Source: a virus (taxonomy: Duplodnaviria > Caudoviricetes). Taken from it: 64,000 bases of DNA. Shown piece by piece: positions 56,859 to 64,000 of the stretch. The stretch is taken from positions 10,177 through 74,176 of the IMG/VR virus record IMGVR_UViG_2841255697_000002. The stretch is one strand, 5' to 3'. Made by a program: the position numbers and the translations under genes. Every line of letters begins with the position of its first letter. Position 1 is the stretch's first letter. The notes under the pieces are model-generated. The model was not told the DNA's origin, did no database searches, and was given only the letters and a program-made list of their open reading frames with translations.

Positions 56859-59800
56859 CGGTAACATATGTACCCCTTCATGTTCATAGTTCAGAAGGGA
56901 GTATTTTAGACTCAATTATAAAAACTGATGAATTAATTGATAGGGCAGAAGAACTCTTAATGCCAGCAGTAGCAATAACGGATCATGGATCAATGGCAGC
57001 TGCGGTTAAGCATTATCAAAACTGTAGAGAAAAAGGTATAAAACCTATCATTGGGCTAGAAGCCTATATGACAGACGATTTGACTGTCAAAGATACAAGT
57101 TCAAAATATTTTCATTTACTTTTACTAGCCAAAAACAACAAAGGCTATTTTAATCTTAAAAAACTTTCTTCCATCGGTTATATCGATGGATTCTACAGAA
57201 AACCTCGAATTGATTTTCAAACACTTTCAAAATATTCAGAAGGAATCATTTGTTGCTCGGCGTGTCTTGCAGGGGAATTACCAAGACTGATAACAGAGGA
57301 TGCTCATCAATCAGAGATCCTTAATTTAATATCAAAATACCAGAGTCTTTTTAAAGAGGACTATTATTTAGAAATTCAATCTTCAGAAAACCCAGATCAG
57401 ATAAAAGTCAATAAAAAACTGGTTGAGATTGGCTCAAAACTTGATATTGATGTCATTGTAACGACCGATGTTCATTTCCTAAACAAGAAAGATTTTGCGG
57501 CGCATAACACATTCATTAATATCAGCCAGGATCGCGATACAGAAAATTATCAATATTGCTATCTTCAAACCTACACAGAGATATATGACATCCTCACCAA
57601 GCAAATAGGTGAATCAGCAGCAATAAGGTGTCTTGAGAATACAAAGGTTGTTGCGAATAAATGCGATGTCGAAATTGAGCTTGGGAATAGCTATTTGCCG
57701 CACATCGAATTGCCAGATGGTTTTAATTCAGAATACGACTGGATGGTATTTCTGGTAAAAGAGGGTCTTAAAGAAAAAGGAATTATGAAACTACCAAACA
57801 AAGACCAATACATTCAGAGAATTAAGGATGAACTCTATGTCATCAAAACAAAAGATTTTCAGGGATATTTCTTGATTTTGAGAGATCTGATTATGGAGGC
57901 AAGAAGAAACGGTATCCCCATCGGCCCAGGAAGAGGGAGTGCAGGAAATTGTATCGTTGCATACCTAATGGGGATTACACAAGTCGATTCCATCAAGTAT
58001 AATCTGGATTTTAGTCGATTTTTAACCATTGAACGCAAAGATCTTTGTGATATCGACGTAGACGTAAGCACATCAAGGCGGCAGGAGTTCATCGATTTAA
58101 TCACTCAAAAATATGGAGAAGAAACTGTAGCTCAAGTTGCTACCTTCGGAACACTGGCTTCAAAAGCCGTTCTTGACGCTGTTGGAAAGGTTATGGAAGT
58201 ACCGAAGGATAACATAGAAATGCTCAAGAAAAAAGTCGATGAAAGTAAGGGTGTTCGTAGTCTCATGGTTAAAGGCAAGGATTATTACGAGAAAAACAAA
58301 GACTTTTTAATCATGTGCAGCAAATTAGAGAACCTACCCCGGTCAATGGGATGTCACGCTGGTGCGCTCTGTATTGCAGGGAATAATCAACCTATGGCTC
58401 ATTATGCTCCCGTTATACGTAATAAAGACGGAAATATCATGACACAATATGAGATGCACAATGTTCAGGATGTCGGCTTAGTAAAATATGATATGTTAGG
58501 ATTATCAAACTTAGATGTCATTGCGGATTGTCTGGAAAGCATCGGGAGCAGTTACTACGAATTTGCCTATCCAGATGACGATCCAGAAACCTATGAAATG
58601 CTTAGCAGGGGCGATACGGTAGGGGTCTTTCAGGCAGAATCCGCTTTTATGACCAATGTTATTACAAAGATTAAACCCAAAGATTTGAATGAATTGGCAG
58701 CCTGCATTGCCATTGGTCGGCCTGACACCATCAAGTATCTCGATCCCTACGCCAATCGAAAGTTTGGGCGTGAAGAAATTACATACGTTCATAACGAATT
58801 GTCCGAAGTTCTAAAAGACACATACGGATGTATCATCTATCAGGAACAGATTTTATCAATCGTTAAGCATTATGGCGGTTTTAGTGATGGAGAGGCAGAT
58901 ACATTCAGGCGAGCGTTAGGAAAAAAGATACCAGAACTCGTTAAAGAACAATCTGAAAAATTCAAATCAAGAGCGTTAGAAAAAGGCTACGATGACAAAA
59001 CGGTTGAAGATCTTTACCAGCTTCTTGTGGACAATGGTGATTACAGTTTTAATGCCGGACATGCCACTGCTTATGCGATGATCAGCTATTGGACAGCATA
59101 CCTCAAGTGTCATTATCCGTTGCAATTCATGTCAGCCGTATTAAATAACCAGAAAAAAGAAAGCGGACAGACTGACTATGATGGTGTCGCAAAATACATC
59201 TCAGCAATTAGAGAAACAGGGATTGAGATCACCGTGCCGGATATTAATGTCTCCGGGACGTGGTTTACTCCAGATATTCATAATAATCGAATTGCTTATG
59301 GCTTAGGGTTGGTTAAAGGCCTAAGTGAAAAAGGAATCGATAAAATCTTTCAAGAAAGACCATTTTCAACATTTCAAGATTACCTGTGTCGGGTGGGGAT
59401 GGAGACATCAAAATCTGACACGATTTCTCTTATAAAATCTGGTGCATTCTGCCAGATGATTTCTCAAAACAAAGTTCAACAATTCAAATACTTCTATAAG
59501 GTCCGATTCGATCAAAAGAAAGAAGAACCCAAGCCTATTCAAAAAATCAATAAAAATCATATTAAGTATCTACTTGATAACGGGTTGATTACACCAAGCC
59601 ATCAGACAAACAAGGAAAAATGTATTGAGATTATGAATGCGCATCGTCGGATTTTGGGATGGAAGCAATTCAAAGAAAAGTATATGGGCGGTACAGAATT
59701 AGATTGGGAAATGCAGACGCTCAATGCGTTTATTACAGGTGACCCCTTTGAAGGTGTTATACTACCAGATTGGTCGAAGATACCCATTAGTGGTTATGGA

Positions 59801-60073
59801 GTGTTTGGCGGTGTCATTTCTCTTGTTAATCCCACCGTCATTAAAAAAGGAAAAAATAAAGGGAAGAAAATGGGCTTTATTAATGTTGATACAGTGCATG
59901 GAACCATTGATACCGTTGTTTTCTTTGATGCGTGGTCACAATATGTGGATTTGTTGAAGGTTGGGAACTGTGTTGTAGTTACTGGAGAAAAGACAGAAGA
60001 GCTTAATTGTACTTTGAAACGAATAGAGCGATTACCAGATTATTTAAGAAGAACAGAAGATATACAGAGGTGA
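56855..60073 (+). CDS. dnaE: DNA polymerase III alpha subunit (family C), probable ATA start
   Basis: PHP LHVHS/AITDHG, GRGSAG, DIDVD, GVFQ, YQEQ, YSFN..H..AY, C-terminal OB fold; no intein seen. Confidence 0.93.
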   Translation: MAVTYVPLHVHSSEGSILDSIIKTDELIDRAEELLMPAVAITDHGSMAAAVKHYQNCREKGIKPIIGLEAYMTDDLTVKDTSSKYFHLLLLAKNNKGYFNLKKLSSIGYIDGFYRKPRIDFQTLSKYSEGIICCSACLAGELPRLITEDAHQSEILNLISKYQSLFKEDYYLEIQSSENPDQIKVNKKLVEIGSKLDIDVIVTTDVHFLNKKDFAAHNTFINISQDRDTENYQYCYLQTYTEIYDILTKQIGESAAIRCLENTKVVANKCDVEIELGNSYLPHIELPDGFNSEYDWMVFLVKEGLKEKGIMKLPNKDQYIQRIKDELYVIKTKDFQGYFLILRDLIMEARRNGIPIGPGRGSAGNCIVAYLMGITQVDSIKYNLDFSRFLTIERKDLCDIDVDVSTSRRQEFIDLITQKYGEETVAQVATFGTLASKAVLDAVGKVMEVPKDNIEMLKKKVDESKGVRSLMVKGKDYYEKNKDFLIMCSKLENLPRSMGCHAGALCIAGNNQPMAHYAPVIRNKDGNIMTQYEMHNVQDVGLVKYDMLGLSNLDVIADCLESIGSSYYEFAYPDDDPETYEMLSRGDTVGVFQAESAFMTNVITKIKPKDLNELAACIAIGRPDTIKYLDPYANRKFGREEITYVHNELSEVLKDTYGCIIYQEQILSIVKHYGGFSDGEADTFRRALGKKIPELVKEQSEKFKSRALEKGYDDKTVEDLYQLLVDNGDYSFNAGHATAYAMISYWTAYLKCHYPLQFMSAVLNNQKKESGQTDYDGVAKYISAIRETGIEITVPDINVSGTWFTPDIHNNRIAYGLGLVKGLSEKGIDKIFQERPFSTFQDYLCRVGMETSKSDTISLIKSGAFCQMISQNKVQQFKYFYKVRFDQKKEEPKPIQKINKNHIKYLLDNGLITPSHQTNKEKCIEIMNAHRRILGWKQFKEKYMGGTELDWEMQTLNAFITGDPFEGVILPDWSKIPISGYGVFGGVISLVNPTVIKKGKNKGKKMGFINVDTVHGTIDTVVFFDAWSQYVDLLKVGNCVVVTGEKTEELNCTLKRIERLPDYLRRTEDIQR

Positions 60074-60075
60074 CT

Positions 60076-60345
60076 ATGAGAAGAATATTTAGCAAAAACT
60101 ATTTGACAGAAACATTATGTTTGCCAGAAGGGGCATTACAAAATCACGTGGTGATTGATACAGCCGATTTAACCACACATGAAATTGTATTTAAAGATAT
60201 GGATGGCCAGTTCTACAAAACGCACTATTCAGCATTAAATAAAAGCGCACTATGGCCGACTGATGGCAAAGGAAACGTGGAATGTGTTGAAGTTGAGAAA
60301 GAAGAAATTATTTTTATTCATTGGAAGGAGAAGAAAGATGCCTAG
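60076..60345 (+). CDS. Hypothetical protein
   Basis: GAGGTGA RBS then ATG. Confidence 0.6.
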   Translation: MRRIFSKNYLTETLCLPEGALQNHVVIDTADLTTHEIVFKDMDGQFYKTHYSALNKSALWPTDGKGNVECVEVEKEEIIFIHWKEKKDA

Positions 60346-60568
60346 AATTCGTTGTGAAACATTAGTCGATTGTGTTCAGATTAGCGATTTTGACGAGAAG
60401 GATCAAAAACTTTATGAGTATCTCCAAACCGAAGCAGGAATGAAAGAGGTAAACGAGCGTATGAAAGATGTGTGGCTAGAGTGCCTTGATGAAATATTCG
60501 GTGAAGTTGACGACCTGGGTGTGGAATGCTATTTCACACTAACGAATGATGAGGTGACCAATGCGTAA
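60338..60568 (+). CDS. Hypothetical protein
   Basis: Coupled ORF with RBS. Confidence 0.55.
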   Translation: MPRIRCETLVDCVQISDFDEKDQKLYEYLQTEAGMKEVNERMKDVWLECLDEIFGEVDDLGVECYFTLTNDEVTNA

Positions 60569-61655
60569 GCTTGCAACAGTAAGAGAGATATCAGAGGTTA
60601 AACCAATAAAAAACGCAGACCGTATTGAAGTCTGCGTTGTGGATGGTTGGGAAGTAGTATGTAAGGTCAATGAATTTAAGCCCGGTGACAAAGTTGTGTA
60701 TATCGAAATCGACAGTATTGTCCCGGATTGTAAAACATTTGAGTTTTTAAGAGATCGGAAATTCAGAGTTAAAACAATCAAGCTCAGGGGACAGATATCA
60801 CAGGGGCTAATAATACCAATGGATATTTTACCACCAAGAACTTATAAGGTTGGAGAAGATGTAACTGATATTTTAAACATTAAGAAATATGACCCACAAG
60901 AGGAAAAAGAAAGAAAACTCATTAAACAAAATCCACCAAAAGGAAAAGTTCAGAAATGGTTAATGCGCTTTGGCTGGTTTGAAAGGTATTACCAAAATAA
61001 ACAGGAAAAAATATTGCAAGCAAGAAGATTTCCAGACTGGATTAAAAAAACAGATGAAGAAAGAATCCAGAATATGAAACCTGAGTTTGATAGGTTTGTT
61101 CAAGAGGGGGTTGAATTTGTTGCGACCGAAAAAATAGATGGGTGTTCTGCCACATATGGATTAAAAAAAGTGAATAATAAATTTGAATTTGTTGTTTGCA
61201 GCCGTAATGTGAGATTAAATGAACCAGACGATAACTGTTACTGGAACGTTGCAAAGAAATATGATATTAGAGCAGTCCTGGAAAGTTTATATTATACGTT
61301 CGGTGGAAATTACGATGGTGGGAATATTGTAATTCAAGGTGAAATTGTTGGGCCAGGTATCCAGGGAAATAAATATGAACGTGACACTTGTGAGTTTTAT
61401 GCTTTCAATTTAATTATTGACGGATGTAGAACGAGTTATTTTTTCATGTCAAATAGGTTGGTGTCAAAGAATATTCCATGTGTTCCTTATATTGACTACA
61501 TAACCCTGCCAGATTCCATTCAAAAGTTAGTAGAAATGTCAAAAGGGAGATCGAAACTTGCGAATATTAGTCGTGAAGGTATTGTTTGTAGAAGTGACGA
61601 TATCAGCTTTAAGGTAATCAATCCAGATTTTTTACTGAAGGAGGACACAGAATGA
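60561..61655 (+). CDS. ATP-dependent RNA ligase (DRB0094/Rnl2-like)
   Basis: MRKLAT...NADRIE N-domain, KTDEERIQN, TEKIDG, CSRN, QGE..GPGIQGN, REGIV, SFKVIN. Confidence 0.88.
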   Translation: MRKLATVREISEVKPIKNADRIEVCVVDGWEVVCKVNEFKPGDKVVYIEIDSIVPDCKTFEFLRDRKFRVKTIKLRGQISQGLIIPMDILPPRTYKVGEDVTDILNIKKYDPQEEKERKLIKQNPPKGKVQKWLMRFGWFERYYQNKQEKILQARRFPDWIKKTDEERIQNMKPEFDRFVQEGVEFVATEKIDGCSATYGLKKVNNKFEFVVCSRNVRLNEPDDNCYWNVAKKYDIRAVLESLYYTFGGNYDGGNIVIQGEIVGPGIQGNKYERDTCEFYAFNLIIDGCRTSYFFMSNRLVSKNIPCVPYIDYITLPDSIQKLVEMSKGRSKLANISREGIVCRSDDISFKVINPDFLLKEDTE

Positions 61656-61882
61656 TAAGAGAAGATCGATGGTATATTCACAACATAATAACTATCTTAA
61701 TGATTTTGGTGCTTTTGCTTGATTTTTCCGGGGCTTTTTCACCCTATATCGGTACAGCAATCATCCTGCTACTATTTATGTTTGGATATCTTATTTGTTA
61801 TGACAGTATACCCAAATATGCCTTTGGGCTTATTGGTGGATATGCGGTCGGGATGTGTATTGCAGTATCGCTTTTGTCATAA
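61652..61882 (+). CDS. Small membrane protein
   Basis: Three hydrophobic segments. Confidence 0.55.
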   Translation: MIREDRWYIHNIITILMILVLLLDFSGAFSPYIGTAIILLLFMFGYLICYDSIPKYAFGLIGGYAVGMCIAVSLLS

Positions 61883-61905
61883 AAGGATACAGGAGGATAA
61901 AATAA

Positions 61906-62361
61906 ATGTTGAGTAAGCCAAACGCAGGATGGACAGTAGTTACTATCGGTAAAATGGAATTTAATGCAAGCTACCTGACAGATATTCCAAAAGATTGTTT
62001 AATAGCCGCTAAAAATTATCTTTCTGGAGAGCCATTGTTAGCATTATTCTTTGATTTGGAAGAAGAAGGCACATTGTATGTGTTGTCAGATAAATTAGGA
62101 ACCTTTGTCATTACTGAAACTGACGAGTGGGATGATGAAATTAATGATTTTAAATATAAAACAGATCGCATTGGCATTTCTGGTGAGGCTCTAATCCAGG
62201 AAATTGTACAGGATATTAAAAGATACATTGATGAATGGGCTGGCTGGCTTTGTTATGACGAACTTGATCCAAACAAACGTGTAGAAATAGAAAAATTGCT
62301 AAAGGAAGTCTCAGAAGCACAGAAAACATACAAAAAGGAGTATACAAATTATTGGAAATAA
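61906..62361 (+). CDS. Hypothetical protein
   Basis: MLSKPNAGW...ASYLTDIP motif. Confidence 0.65.
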   Translation: MLSKPNAGWTVVTIGKMEFNASYLTDIPKDCLIAAKNYLSGEPLLALFFDLEEEGTLYVLSDKLGTFVITETDEWDDEINDFKYKTDRIGISGEALIQEIVQDIKRYIDEWAGWLCYDELDPNKRVEIEKLLKEVSEAQKTYKKEYTNYWK

Positions 62362-62912
62362 CAAAACATGCAGAAGAAAGATACACAGAGCGATTAATGG
62401 ATTATTCCGATAAACAAGATATTGCTACCTATATCGCTCAAAATAAAGATTTAATCGCGGAACGTATCACAAAGATGGTTAACTATGGAGAGCTGATCTA
62501 TGAAGGTAAAATTCGTGATGGAAACTATGTAAAGGTCATTTTAAAGGACAATTGGGTTGTCCTTCTTGACCGCAAAGGCGATAAGGTCATTACATTATAT
62601 AAAATCTGTTTAATCAAAAATGATGATGAGTTTAATAAGCTCTTTGTCGCTAAAATGAAGGAAAAAATATCCGATATCAAGTCAAGTCAGACAAAAGCTA
62701 AAGAACAAACTTCAAAAAAGAAGCAGAGTTACCTTGATAGTATCAATGAAAATAAACAGAGAATAAAAGAATATGAGACACTTATTCTTGAATTAAGAAA
62801 GTCAAACGCAGCACATCAGGACGAGATCGACCATATGGATGCGGAAGTCAATTGTATTGATCTGGAGCTGAAGCACGCTATTGAAGACCTCGTGGCGACA
62901 AAATTATTTTAA
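62352..62912 (+). CDS. Protein with RelE/DUF4258-like N-terminus and coiled-coil C-terminus
   Basis: ITKHAEERY.ER ... VITLY. Confidence 0.5.
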   Translation: MEITKHAEERYTERLMDYSDKQDIATYIAQNKDLIAERITKMVNYGELIYEGKIRDGNYVKVILKDNWVVLLDRKGDKVITLYKICLIKNDDEFNKLFVAKMKEKISDIKSSQTKAKEQTSKKKQSYLDSINENKQRIKEYETLILELRKSNAAHQDEIDHMDAEVNCIDLELKHAIEDLVATKLF

Positions 62913-62924
62913 AGAGGCGAGAAT

Positions 62925-63449
62925 ATGAATAACGACATTATTGAATTTATAAAAACAAAAAATAAAATATGTGAAGACCATGTAGGTGATTGCGGTAGAT
63001 GTTCGCTTTATGATCCAGAAGAGGGTTTAAACTGTGAGGATTTTGAAACAAAAGATCCAGAAGAACTTTGCAGGCGGGTAAATCTTTATCGAATTGGACA
63101 AACGATAGAGGCGTTAGGTGAAAGAATTGAAAAACGTTCAGATATCGAATATAACAGGACTTCATCTATCGTCTTAAGTCAACTGCTTGATTTATATGAT
63201 TTTGCGATTTACGATAATGAAACATTTAATCTAACAGATAGTAGAATTGTTAGAATATATTATGATGGAAGAACTCAGTGGTTTGATTTCGGCATCAAAA
63301 ATGACCTATACAACAACTCGGAAAATGCAAAGGATTTTCTTAATTCAGAATTATTGGATGCCGAAGTCCTTGAAATCAAGGTTGATGACGGACTTGGGGT
63401 CTTGAATATTTACACGAATTTCTATCCAGAGGACGGTGATGAAGAATAG
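62925..63449 (+). CDS. Hypothetical protein
   Basis: Intact ORF with GAGG RBS. Confidence 0.6.
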   Translation: MNNDIIEFIKTKNKICEDHVGDCGRCSLYDPEEGLNCEDFETKDPEELCRRVNLYRIGQTIEALGERIEKRSDIEYNRTSSIVLSQLLDLYDFAIYDNETFNLTDSRIVRIYYDGRTQWFDFGIKNDLYNNSENAKDFLNSELLDAEVLEIKVDDGLGVLNIYTNFYPEDGDEE

Positions 63450-64000
63450 CAGAAAATAATGGAAAGCGATTTGAATCAAACATCCAGAAGAGTTGTGAAA
63501 AACAGGGGGTTCTTTTTGAACGATACAAAGATAACGGAAAGTTCGGGTTCGGAGAAAACACAATGACACGGTTCAGCTCAGAAAATCCTTGTGACGGACA
63601 TATTTTTGATGGCAGCACTCTATATTATGTAGAATTAAAAAGCACTACAGGTTCATCTATGAGTTTTAATCAGCCACCAGATGTCCAGGAGAAAGGAAAA
63701 ACAAAGCCAATGATTAAGACTCATCAAGTCAAAGCTCTATTAGAACGAAGCGCTTATGAAAATGTTGTGTGTGGATTGATCTTGGATTATGCAGATCGTC
63801 AGACCAGAAAAGAATACATTCCTGGAGGAACCTATTTTATAGAAATTAACACCTGGTTTGAATGGGCAAAGGATTGTGGTAAGAAGAGTATGAATTTGCA
63901 AGATGTTCAAAGAATCGGTGTCAAGATTGACCGCAATAAACTGAAAACGAACTATCGATATAATATTAAGAAATTACTTGAAGAAATAAAGAAAGGGTGA
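63446..64000 (+). CDS. recU: RecU-like Holliday junction resolvase, probable ATA start
   Basis: N.GKRFE..I..S (upstream of track start), NPCD, VELKST, IKTHQV..L. Confidence 0.8.
   Translation: MAENNGKRFESNIQKSCEKQGVLFERYKDNGKFGFGENTMTRFSSENPCDGHIFDGSTLYYVELKSTTGSSMSFNQPPDVQEKGKTKPMIKTHQVKALLERSAYENVVCGLILDYADRQTRKEYIPGGTYFIEINTWFEWAKDCGKKSMNLQDVQRIGVKIDRNKLKTNYRYNIKKLLEEIKKG

Noticed and set aside
47045-60073. Inteins or introns in RNR and DnaE
   Set aside because: Lengths are normal, motifs are contiguous and no intein splice signatures are seen
1-64000. Stop-codon reassignment
   Set aside because: Long genes are intact under the standard code, all three stops terminate genes, and no suppressor tRNA is present

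Overview
The window is a 64-kb segment of a large, AT-rich tailed phage or prophage of a Firmicutes (probably Clostridia-type) host, with SPbeta-like organisation. No host chromosomal genes are recognisable. The minus strand (1-20.6 kb) holds a siphovirus morphogenesis operon: tail tip, 2050-aa tape measure with LysM, tail tube, head-tail joining proteins, capsid, protease/scaffold, portal and terminase, plus a free-standing GIY-YIG endonuclease, a metallophosphoesterase and a sigma-like regulator. Twin divergent promoters separate it from a tyrosine recombinase. A 2.5-kb non-coding region follows (conserved-loop hairpins, an AT-rich tract, a ~540-nt highly structured leader RNA, a type I toxin-antitoxin-like locus). 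The plus strand then carries early anti-defence genes (LPD11, ArdA) and an RNA island in which rtcB is flanked by tRNA-Ile(UAU), tRNA-Gln, tRNA-Trp, two truncated tRNA mimics and several unexplained structured RNAs. Further right are antirepressors, a catalytically dead integrase-fold protein (MrpR/YopR-like repressor candidate with putative operators) and a replication/nucleotide module (SSB-like, Sak4-like ATPase, dNMP kinase, DnaB, primase, Tad2-like, PD-(D/E)XK nuclease, class II RNR, NUDIX, ThyX-like, DnaE, RNA ligase, RecU). Most notable are the rtcB/tRNA-mimic island and the repeated use of ATA/ATT start codons in nuclease, polymerase and regulator genes. All calls come from motif recognition and manual base-pairing, with no database searches.
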